Shown here piece after piece: positions 10,063-20,348 of a stretch of 64,000 nt of DNA (positions are counted from its first letter, which is position 1; every line of letters begins with the position of its first letter). The notes below the pieces were generated by a model that was given only the letters and a program-made list of their open reading frames with translations, was not told the DNA's origin and did no database searches. Made by a program: the position numbers and the translations under genes. This DNA comes from an uncultured Chloroflexia bacterium (lineage in GTDB: Bacteria > Chloroflexota > Anaerolineae > B4-G1 > SLSP01): contig CAVVUS010000013.1 of the NCBI GenBank assembly GCA_963751345.1, positions 64,001-128,000 of the forward strand, written 5' to 3'.

Positions 10063-12391
10063 ATGAGCCAACAGCCACCCCGAGCCCTGGCCATCGTCCT
10101 GATTCTTTTCGCGATCCTGGGCACGCTCTACAGTGTGGTCACCCCGATCTTCGAGGCGTCCGACGAGCTCTGGCATTACCCGATGGTCGAGGTCATCGCG
10201 AGGACGGGCCAATTGCCCGTCCAGCCGACCGAGCCGGGCACCAGCAGCGGTCCGTGGCGTCAGGAGGGCAGCCAACCCCCGCTCTACTACGCACTCGGCG
10301 CCGCGCTGACGTTCTGGATCGACACGAGCGACCTGGACGTGGTGCGACAGCCGAACCCGCACGCCCGCGCGGGCGAGATCACACCGGAGCGCGACAACGT
10401 CAACCTCGTGATCCACAATCCTGCTGCCGAGCGGTTCCCGTGGTCGGGGACGGTGCTGGCGGTGCACATCGTGCGGCTGCTCTCGGTGGCGCTGGGCGCA
10501 TGGGCCGTCTATCTCACGTGGGCGCTGGTACGCGAGCTCTTCCCGGCGCAGCCCTGGCTCGCGCTGACGGCAGCCGCCGTCCACGGGTTTACGCCTATGT
10601 ATCTCTTCATCAGCAGCTCGGTCAACAACGACAACCTTATCGTGCCCCTGAGCACGCTGGCGCTGCTCCTGATGGTGCGCCGTGTGAAGCAGGCGGGGCA
10701 GATGCCCCGAGCGTCTGCCTCCGCGTATGCCTACACCGGGCTGGGGATCGTGATCGGGCTCGGTCTGCTGACCAAGGCCAGCGGGATCGCGCTGGTCGCC
10801 ATGGCACTGGCGGCGCTGGCCTGGGAAACGTGGCGGCTGCCCGATAGATGTCGGCTGGGGGAGACGGGCCGCTTTTCTGGGCAGCCGGGCGATGGTGATG
10901 TTGGTGCCCGCGACGGTGATTGCGGGCTGGTGGTTCGTCCGCAACGTCCGGCTCTACGGTGACTTCCTCGGCTTCAACGCCTTCTACGCCGTCCTGGGAA
11001 CGCGTGACGTCCCGGCGGACCTGGGCCAGCTCTGGGCGGAGCGAATGGCCTTCGCCTCCGGCTATTGGGGGAGTTTCGGCGGGCTCAACGTGCCGATGCC
11101 CGGCTGGATCACGACGGTACTCAATTGGGCCGCCATCGTCGCCGCCGCCGGGTTGGTATTGCGCTTGGGCACCTGGCTGCTTGACACGTCGGAGGGCACG
11201 TGGGTCGAGAAGGTATGGCCCTTTGCCTGGTCGAACGCCACCGCCGCCCGCGCGCTCGCGTGGGCTTTCCCCGTGGGTGTCTTCCTCTCATGGAGCCGGT
11301 GGGCAACCGTCACCTGGTCGTCGCAGGGTCGCCTGATCTTCACCGCCATCTCGATGTGGTCGCTGGCGTTGGTCCTGGGGCTGACCGCATGGCTGCCCAA
11401 GCGCACCGGGAGAATCCGGCGCCTGCCCGGCATCGCCCTGGCGGTCGCGCTCCTGGGGCTGTGCGTCGTGGCGCTGCCCGCGTGGATCGCCCCGGCCTAC
11501 CGCCCGCCACAGACCACGGCCATCGCACCCGCCGACCTCGGGCTGACGCCGCTGGACGTACGGTTTGGCGATGACCTGGAATTGCTGGGCTACGCCGTCG
11601 AGACAAGCGCCGTGGCGCCGGGGCAGCCTGTCGAGGTCCGCCTGATGTGGCGGGCACTGGGACCGACGCCGACGTACCGCTCGATCTTCCTTCACGTGCT
11701 GGGCCAGGGCGATCGCATCGTCGCCCAGCGGGACACCTTCCCCGGACACGGCTTGCTGCCCACGACCCAGCTTGCCGCGGGACGCACGTGGGTCGAGCGC
11801 CACGTCCTCGCGATCCCGCGCACGGCCTACACGCCCGATGTGCTGACGCTCGCCGTGGGCGTCTATGAGACCGCCACCGGAATACGCACGCCGCCCTCAG
11901 GCCCATCCATCGCGGAGGGGGCCGACAGTGCGCGGTTCGGTGACGTCGCGCTGAATGCCACGACAGGCGAGGCCGCACTCGGCGTGCGCTTCGGCGACGG
12001 AATCGTGCTGGAGGGCTACACGCTAAGCGACGTCGTGGTCGCGCCGGGCGCGGACCTGACCGTGACGCTGAACTGGCTGTGCACCGCCCCGGTTCCCGAC
12101 GACTACACCGTCTCGGTGCAGGTCATCGACACCCAATGGCACAAGGCTGCGCAGTTGGACAGTTGGCCGCTGGACGGGCAGGCGCCGACCTCGTCGTGGC
12201 AAGTGGGCCGGCGGATCTCCGAAACCCGCGTGCTGACCCTCTCGCCGGACGCCGTGCCGGGCGCCTACGACCTGCGCATCTCGCTCTACCGCCCCGACGG
12301 GAACGGTGATCTGATCCACCTACCCGTCTCGCTTGGCAATGCCGAGATGCCGTCCAGGGACATCGTGCTGACGACCGTGCGGGTGCGCTGA
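10063..12391 (+). CDS. GT-C (ArnT/PMT-like) glycosyltransferase with two C-terminal Ig-like domains; frameshift near 10870
   Basis: PIFEASDELWHY, QPPLYY, SVNND, SSQGRL; multiple TM helices; FGD.xxLxGY domains twice. Confidence 0.85.
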
Positions 12392-12446
12392 TGCGGCGCC
12401 GGCAGACGTGGCGGCGCCGGCGGACGGGGCGTCGGGGGGCCGCAGG

Positions 12447-15106
12447 ATGAGGGCAGCCGCACGCCGGATCGCGCCCTATCTACTCCTCGCCGGCATTCTC
12501 GGCCTCTTCTTCTGGCCGGTCTGGCTGCTGGGCGCCTCCTTCCCCGTCGGCGGCGGCGATCTCTGGGGACAACTGCTGCCCGTCTGGACCTACGTCGGGC
12601 ACTTCCTGCGCCACGGCACGCTCGCGCTCTGGTCGACCCAGATCATGGCGGGCGACCCCATCATCGCCGAGCCGCAGTATGGCCTGCTCAACCCGCTGAA
12701 CTGGTGGCTCTTTGTCGCCGGTGCCTTCACGTCCGGGGCGCTGCCCAGGGGGCTGGTGCTGGCGCGAGGCCTGCTCCCGCTCTACATCGCCGGCGCGGGG
12801 CTCTACACCTATCTGCGACGCTCGCCCATCTGGCGGCTCGGGCACGGGGCCGCACTGCTCGGCGGCGTCGCTTACATGCTCTCCGACCCCTTCATCACGC
12901 ACCTGGGCCACCCGCAGATGAACGACGGGATGGCGTGGCTGCCGTGGGCGCTGCTCTCGGTCGATCTGACGATCCGGCAGCGACGATTCCGCCCGCAGAC
13001 GGCGGCGGTGCTGGGGCTCGTCGCGCTGTCGGGCCACTACCAGACAATCCTCTTCACCGCAGGCGCAGCGGCGCTCTACGCGCTCTGGCGGCTTCTCGGC
13101 CAACCGCGGCGGACGTGGACGAGCCACGCGGGGCGGCTTGGGCTCGCCGCCGTGTGCGCCGCCGCACTCGCCGCGCCCCCGTTGCTGGCCAGCCTGGAGC
13201 GCTACCCCTTCACGGAGCGGTCGATCCTGCAGATCGAGCCGTGGACCGGGTACAACTGGCCTCCGGCGATGGCCATCGACCTGCTCGCCCCGGGGTTCCA
13301 CGGGCGGGGCACGGTCGGCTTCTGGGCATCGTGGGCCAGGGTCGAGGGCGGCTACGCCGGGGCCGTCGCGCTCTTCCTCGCAGGGCTCGGCCTGCTCTAT
13401 GGGCTGCGTCGCGGGCGTACGTGGATCTTCGCGGCCATCGGTGCCCTGGGCACGCTCTTTGCCCTGGGATTCAGCGGCCCGCTCTACCCCATCCTCACGC
13501 ACATCGACCTCATCGCACGGATGAACAAGCCCGCGCGGGCCATCTTCCTGTTGTCCTTCGCCATCGCCGTCCTCGCTGCCGCCGGTGCGGACGCGCTGCG
13601 CCGTTGGTTCGTCGTACCCGATTCATCGGTCTCTGCCGCGGAGCGCCCGGCGATAAAGTCGCCGGGCTACAATGCTGCGCCCGATGAATCGGGCTTCCGG
13701 ATCGCGAGCGCCGAGTCAAGCCCCGTTCACGGGGCGCCACCCCATAGCCCGGCGACTTCATCGCCGGGCGGCTTCGATTGCCAACGGCCCGGTCACCGCG
13801 CACAGCGGAACGACTGAAGTCGTTACTACGAACCTGGGCTGCCGGCCTGCGCCGTTGGTTCGTAGTAACCGATTCATCGGTCTCTGCCGCGGAACGCCCG
13901 GCGATAAAGTCGCCGGGCTACAATGCCGCGCCCGATCAATCGGGCTTCCGGACCGCGAGTGCCGAGTCAAGCCCCGTTCACGGGGCGCCACCCACTAGCC
14001 CGGCGACTTCATCGCCGGGCGGCTCACCGCCGGGCGGGCTCCGATCGCGCGCGCTCCCACTCGCCCTATGGTCCGCACTCCTTCTCGGCGGCGCCATTCT
14101 GCTCTCGACCAAGCTACCCCAATGGCTGTCCCAGGTTCCCGGCGGCCGGCGAGCCGATGCCGTCGAGGCCCTCGTCATCGCAGGCATCGCGGCGGTCGCC
14201 GTCGTGGCCCTGGCGTGGGCCGTCGCCGGGCGACGCCGGTGGGCGGCGACGGCCCTGCTCCTGCTGCTCGTGGGCGAGATGATCCTCACCGGCTCCGGGG
14301 TCGAGCTCGAAGCCGACCGGCGACAGCCCGCCCGACCCTGTGATCACCTATCTCCGCACCGATCCCAACTGGTATCGTGTCGACGTCGACGCCTCCGCGC
14401 GCGGGCTGCTGTCGCCATCGGTCCTCGTCAACGAGGGCTTCGACGTGCCGCAGGGGTCGGGCAATCCGATGGAGCTCTTCTCGTACACCCAGTTCTATTG
14501 GGCGATTCCCACGAAGGGATCGCCGGCCTACCAACTCCTCGGCGCCAAGTACATCGTTGTGCCCAAAGACGCCTTGCCGGGCGGCGAGGGGATCTGGCCC
14601 GTCTTCACCGATGCCCCGCTGGTGGACGTGCACCTCAACACCAACGCCCTGCCCAGGGTCTGGCTCGTCTACGATACGCTGCCCGTCGACACGATCGAGG
14701 CCGCCAACGCCGTCGTCTTCGACCCGACCTTCGAGCCTGCCCGCGTCGCCACCGTCAAAGGTGGCCCCGATCTGAACGGCGAGGGCACGGGATCGCTGGA
14801 GGTCGCGGCCTACGGGGCTAACCGCGTCGACGTGATCGTGCGCACGTCGGAGGACGGCGCTGTTGGTGCTTATCGGACATCGACTATCCAGGTTGGATCG
14901 CCGGAATCGACGGTAACCCGGCCCCGCTCTACAGAACCGACGGCATCTTCCGCGGCGTCGTCGTGCCTGCGGGCGAGCACCGCGTGACGATGCGCTACCG
15001 GCCCGTGCCGTTCCGCATGGGCCTCGGCCTCGCGGCGATGGCACTGCTGGTGATGGCGGTCGTTCGTGGCCGTTCTGGCGGGCGGACTTCTAGCCTTGTC
15101 CCCTGA
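12447..15106 (+). CDS. YfhO-like polytopic membrane glycosyltransferase with internal repeat insertion; several frameshifts
   Basis: GGGDLWGQ, AGDPIIAEPQYGLLNP, GHYQ, NALPRVWLV, FRGVVVPAGEHRVTMRYRP C-terminus. Confidence 0.82.
13596..14024. repeat. Two 178-bp direct repeats (period 251) built of REP-like hairpins, inside the YfhO-like CDS
   Basis: 13596-13773 is nearly identical to 13847-14024. Hairpins GCCCGGCGAtaaaGTCGCCGGGCTAC, GCCCGATgaATCGGGC, GCCCCGTtcACGGGGC; spacer hairpin AACGACTGAAGTCGTTACTAC. Confidence 0.9.
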
Positions 15107-15126
15107 CACGTGGTACAATGCACCCC

Positions 15127-15894
15127 ATGGATCACAACCCCACCATCATCAAACTCGGCAGCACGATGCCGTCACTGGCGACCCGGCACGGAGACTTCGA
15201 GGACTGGGTCATCAGCGGGATGGGGCTGACACGGGATGATGTCCGGGTCATCGACCCTACCCAGGGAGAAGCACTTCCACCACCCGACGCCCTGCCGGGC
15301 ATTGTGCTCACCGGCTCGCACGCGATGGTCACCGACCGCGAGCCCTGGAGCGAGGCAGACGGCGGGGTGGCTGCGGGAGGCCGTGCGTGTCCGGCGTGCC
15401 GGTCCTGGGCATCTGCTACGGTCACCAACTGCTGGCCCACGCGCTCGGCGGCGAGGTCGGTGACAACCCGCAGGGCCGTGAGTTTGGCACCGTCGACGCA
15501 TATCTGACGCCGCAGGCCGCGGACGACCCGCTCCTCGGCGGGCTCGGCAAGCCCGATCCGGGTGCACACCAGCCACACGCAGACGGTCCTTCGCCTCCCG
15601 CCCGGCGCCCGCCTCCTGGCGACCAGCACGCTGGACCACCACTTTGCTTTCGCCATCGGGGACGTCGTCTGGGGCGTGCAGTTCCACCCTGAGTTCGACG
15701 CCGAGGTGGTGCGGACCTACATCCGCGCGTTCGGATCCATCCTGACCGCGGAGGGACAGGACCCCGACAGGCTAGCCGCCACGTGCAGCGACACACCGTA
15801 TGGGAGCATCATCCTGCGGCGGTTCGCCGAGATCGTGCGCACGCCGGTCACGCGCCGGTTGGGGGCCACCGCCGGGGAGGCGCGGTGGGCATAA
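15127..15894 (+). CDS. Class I glutamine amidotransferase; frameshifted
   Basis: [26 protein letters not shown] catalytic triad motifs across three frames. Confidence 0.88.
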
Positions 15895-15932
15895 CACGCT
15901 CGCCAACTTCGGGGCGTCACGAGGCCTCTGAG

Positions 15933-17843
15933 GTGAACGCTGAACGCTCGAAGCTGCTCTGGATCCCCGCCGCAGCAGTGCTGCTCGCCTACCTGCTCCG
16001 CACGTTCTCGCTCGACCTCCAGTCGTTCTGGATCGACGAGGTGCAGGCCTTCTACTTCGTGGATCACTCCTTCAAGGAGACCGTCAAGCTCCTCATCTCG
16101 CCTGAGAACAATGGCCCGCTCTACTTCCTCCTGCTCTGGGGATGGCGGCAGATCGGTGGCGCCTCCGACTTCGCGATTCGCTATCTCTCCGATCTGCTCT
16201 CGGTCCTGACGGTTGCGGTCCTCTGGCAGTTGGCACGGACCTGGTTTGGGCGGCGCGTAGCCGGGCTCACCGCCCTGCTGCTCGCGATCTCGCCCTTTGC
16301 CGTCTGGTTTGGGCAGGAAGCCAAGATGTACGCGCTGCATATGCTGCTCGCGGCGCTGAGTACGCTGCTCCTGATCCGCGCGGCGAACCGCAACCGTTGG
16401 ACGCTGTGGCTTGCGTACGGAATCACGCTCAACCTGCTGGGGTACAGCCACTTCTTCGGCGCCTTCACGATCCTGGCCCAGGGAATCCTGCTCGTGGTGA
16501 CGCACCTGCGCAAGCCGGAGATCAGAGTCACTCGCAGCTATCTCGTGACGATGGCCATCGTCGCCCTGCCCTACATCCCTGTGGTGCGCTTCGCCTGGCG
16601 CCTCATACCGAACTTCAACATGCAGGACATCAGCAAGGGCTTCGTCGAACTCAAGTATATGCTCCAGGAGCTGGCCTCGGAGTACATCTTGCGGGTATCC
16701 CGGATCTACGTGCCGCATCTCTGGCCGTTGATGGCCTTTGCCGGCGTGGCGCTCGCCCTGGGACTCGTGCGGGCCTGGCGCACTGGCTGGCGCCGCGCGC
16801 TCTGGGTCGCCGGTCTGATGGTCCTGCCGGTGGCCATCTTCTATCCGATCTCATACTTTGTGCCGGTCTTTTCGCCGAAGTACCTGAGCGCCACGTTCCT
16901 GATGGTGACGCTGGCGTTCGGGTTGGCGGTCGATCAACTGGGAACGTGGTGGCGCCCGCTTGGCTGGCTCGGGCTGGCCGGACTGGTCGTCCTCAACGGC
17001 TGGGTGAACGTCCGCATCCTCACAGATCCCTACTACCAGCGCACGGACTTCCGGGCAGCCGTGGCCTATATTGAGGGCCACGCGGCGCCCGATGATATGG
17101 TCATCGCCTACGCGCACTACGTCGACCGGGCGATCAAGCGCTATGAAGTCGGCTCGCTGCCCGTCGTCCGGTTCCAGGGCGACGCGTATCAGCCCGAGCC
17201 CTTCTATCAGGACGTGCTGGAGAACCAGAATCAGGTGCACACGCTGTGGCTGGTGCTGCACCAGGATCAGGCGATGGCGCCCCAGAACCGCCTCCGCGAT
17301 GCCGCCGGGCTGCTCTACCCCCAGATCACGGGCGTCTACCCCAACGACGGGCAGATCGCGGTCCTCGGCTTCAGCGTGCAGTGGCGCCACGACCGGTTGC
17401 CCGAGAGCGCAACGCCGGTCGAGGCCGGCTTCGCGAACGGCCTCGCACTCGTCGGCTACGCGGTCGACACGCAGGCGCTGCAGCCCACCGACGACCTGCT
17501 CCATCCGCCGAGCAACTGGATCCACGTCACGACCTATTGGCAGCGCTGGGGCGATGCGCCCGCGCCCGGCGACTTCACACCCTTCGTCCGCCTGGTGGAC
17601 GACCAGGGCGGGGTCTGGGGCGGCGAGCTCCAGCGACCGCCGACCGTCTTCCATCGCGATCCGCCCGAGGACTGGGATGCGACGACGATCGTGGAGGCGC
17701 ACTACGACGTGAACCTCAACCCGGTCACGCCGCCCGGCACCTACCACCTGATCGTGGGCATCGAGGACGGGTCGGGGGCGCAGGTGCCGGTCCGGAACGG
17801 GGACGCGGCAGCCGGGCTGACCGCGATCCAGATCCTGCCATGA
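15933..17843 (+). CDS. GT-C (GT39/PMT-like) glycosyltransferase with C-terminal Ig-like domain
   Basis: QSFWIDEVQA, NGPLYFLLL, QEAKMY, YSHFF; intact frame; GTG start inferred. Confidence 0.88.
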   Translation: MNAERSKLLWIPAAAVLLAYLLRTFSLDLQSFWIDEVQAFYFVDHSFKETVKLLISPENNGPLYFLLLWGWRQIGGASDFAIRYLSDLLSVLTVAVLWQLARTWFGRRVAGLTALLLAISPFAVWFGQEAKMYALHMLLAALSTLLLIRAANRNRWTLWLAYGITLNLLGYSHFFGAFTILAQGILLVVTHLRKPEIRVTRSYLVTMAIVALPYIPVVRFAWRLIPNFNMQDISKGFVELKYMLQELASEYILRVSRIYVPHLWPLMAFAGVALALGLVRAWRTGWRRALWVAGLMVLPVAIFYPISYFVPVFSPKYLSATFLMVTLAFGLAVDQLGTWWRPLGWLGLAGLVVLNGWVNVRILTDPYYQRTDFRAAVAYIEGHAAPDDMVIAYAHYVDRAIKRYEVGSLPVVRFQGDAYQPEPFYQDVLENQNQVHTLWLVLHQDQAMAPQNRLRDAAGLLYPQITGVYPNDGQIAVLGFSVQWRHDRLPESATPVEAGFANGLALVGYAVDTQALQPTDDLLHPPSNWIHVTTYWQRWGDAPAPGDFTPFVRLVDDQGGVWGGELQRPPTVFHRDPPEDWDATTIVEAHYDVNLNPVTPPGTYHLIVGIEDGSGAQVPVRNGDAAAGLTAIQILP

Positions 17844-20341
17844 CCGGCGCTCGGGGTCGCCGGCTCGCCGGGGAGCTCACTGTCTTGCTCCTCCTCGTGG
17901 CCTTCGCGCTGGGCATGGCCCAGGTCGTGCGGGCGTCGATCACGTTCGACGAAGGGCCCCACCTCGCCATCGGCTACGCCACACTGCGGACCGGCGACTT
18001 CCGGCTTCAGCCGGTGCACATCCATCCACCGCTGGCCAACGTGCTCGCGGCGGCGCCGCTGCTCCTCCAGCACGATCTGCCCGACCCCAGGGCGGTGGAC
18101 GGCTGGGAGGTGAGCAGCCTGTCCGCGATCACCGACGCCGTCGTCTGGGCCTACCCCAGCCCACGGCGTATCGCGACCGCGGGCCGCGTGCCCATCCTGC
18201 TGCTCGGCACGCTCACTGCCGCCCTCGTCTTCCGTTGGGCGCGCGACCTTGGCGGGCGACGCGCCGCGCTGCTGGCGCTCGGGCTCTTTGCGCTCGACCC
18301 CAACGTGATCGCCCACAACGCGCTGATCACGACCGACGCCGCAGCGGTGCTGTTCATCGTGGCCACGCTCTATGCGCTCTACCGGTACGTCACCGAGCCG
18401 CTCAGGCCCGCCCGGCGTCGCGCCCTTCTGGGCACCGGGGTTCTGCTGGGCCTCGCACAGATCACCAAGGTCTCGGCGTTGATGCTGGTCCCGGTCGTCG
18501 TCCTGATCCTCGTTCTGCACGCGTGGGAGGCACACCGGCGCGCTGGTTCGACCCTTCGCGCCGCGACACGGCACGTGGGGGCGGTATTGGGGATCGCGGC
18601 GCTGGTGATCTGGGCCGGGTACGGCTTCCAGGTCGGAAGGATTGAGGGGTTTCCCCTGCCGGTACCCGCTCCCACGCACATCGAGATCTTCCGCTCGCTC
18701 GACACCCACTACGAGCTGGGCCATCCGGCCTTCGCCCTGGGTCGGGTAAGCACGCAGGGGTGGTGGTGGTACTTCCCGCTGGCCTTCGTCCTGAAGACGC
18801 CCCTGCCGGTGCTGTTGCTGGCGATTGGTGGCCGCCATCGTCGGAACCGCTAAAGCGGTGACTACGAACGGCGCTTGGACAATGTACGTCCGGCACATCG
18901 CTTAACCGGACCGCGGGCGTCTCGCCCGCATGTGCACGCGGCCATCGGCGCAGTGCCGGGCGAGACGCCCGCGGTCCGACAAGCTACAGGCACAAGCACT
19001 GACATGTCCTCCTGGTTAGCCGCGACCACGATCGGGATCTTTCCCGTGCTCTACGCCGGCGCGAGCCTCTTCAGCACCGTGGACATCGGCTATCGCCACC
19101 TGCTGCCTGTTCTCCCGTTCCTCTACATCGCGATCGGCAGTATAACGGAGAAGACCTTTGAGGTTTACGTCTCTAGCAGGCGTCTGCTAGAGCAGGAAAC
19201 CTCAAAGGTCTCAGCGTGGACGCTTCCTTCAGTGGCACCGAGGGTCGTCCTTGCAGGGCTGCTCCTCTGGCTCGCGGTCGGAACGCTGGCCACGCTCCCC
19301 TACCCCCTCACCTTCTTCAACGAGATCGCGGGCGGGCCCGCCAACGGCTACCGCGCCCTGGTCGACTCGAACCTCGACTGGGGCCAGAATCTGTGGGATC
19401 TGAAGGCGTGGATGGCGGCGCACGGCATCTCGCACGTCGCCTACGCGCACTACAGCCCGGCGCGGCCCGACACCTACGGCATTGAGGCCGACTGGCTCCC
19501 ACCGGATCCGCGCGCGGTGTCGTTCGACCCGTGGCATCCTGCGCCGGGACTCTACGCCATCGGTGCGACGGTGCTGCAGGGCCCCTACGCCCCCGATCTG
19601 AACACGTTCGCGTGGTTCCGCGATCGGACGCCGGTCGCGAAGCTGGGCAACGCGCTCTTCCTCTATCAGGTGGAGGACGACCGGCGCCCGCCTGGGCGGA
19701 GCTTTGCACGCAGGCTATCAGCGCCGATGACAATCCGCCGCCGCGTGGGCGTGCCCGAACTGCGCGTGGTGCAGCCGGCCTGCGACCAGGCGTTCGTCAT
19801 CCCCGCATCGGAGACGCCGGGCCTGATCGTGCTGCCGCCCGACCTGCCGACGCCGGACGTGGGCGACCCGTTGCTGACCCTGCGCAACGCCGATGGAGAC
19901 ACTCAGGCGATCGTGCGAAGCGTCTCCGCGGATGACGTGCGCCCTGAGGCGCCGGCACCCGTCGGGGACACCCTGATCGGCCCGCTGACCTTCCTGGGCA
20001 CGACGAGTCGGAGCCTCCGCAGCAGGGACGCCCGACGTGCTGCAGATCCAAACCTACTGGCGGGTGGTCGACCTCCCCGCGCGCCCGCTCTCGCTGATGG
20101 CGCACCTCGTCGGCCCGGATGGGCGACGCTGGCCGTTGGCGACGGGATGGGCTTCCCGATCGACCAATGGCAGGTCGGCGACGTCATCGTGCAGACGCAC
20201 CGGTTCGAGCCGGCCGGCGGGCCGCCGCAGGGCGAGGCGATCTCGCTCCAGATCGGCGGCTACTGGTTGGACACGCTCGAGCGCTGGCCCACGACCGGCG
20301 GCGGCGACAGCATCACGGTCGCCCTGAAATCCGAGCCGTAG
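17840..20341 (+). CDS. GT-C (ArnT-like) glycosyltransferase, paralog A, with REP insertions; frameshifted
   Basis: TFDEGPH, HPPL, WWWYFPLAFVLKTP, IGYRHLLP, DSNLDWGQ; ATGA overlap with the upstream gene. Confidence 0.85.
18845..18977. repeat. REP-like elements in CDS: ACCGCTAAAGCGGT-GACTAC hairpin and GGACCGCGGGCGTCTCGCCCG inverted pair
   Basis: 18845-18869 resembles 13809-13833; 18908-18928 is inverted relative to 18957-18977. Confidence 0.8.
19152..19211. mobile_element. 60-bp MITE/REPIN-like element with 15-bp terminal inverted repeats, in frame in CDS
   Basis: AGACCTTTGAGGTTT...AAACCTCAAAGGTCT with inner CTCTAGCAG/CTGCTAGAG hairpin; relatives at 49182-49241 and 32349-32405. Confidence 0.7.
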
Positions 20342-20348
20342 GCGATCG

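Noticed and set aside
13596-14024. Possible CRISPR or ncRNA gene
   Set aside because: Only two long units of REP-type hairpins, lying within a coding frame.
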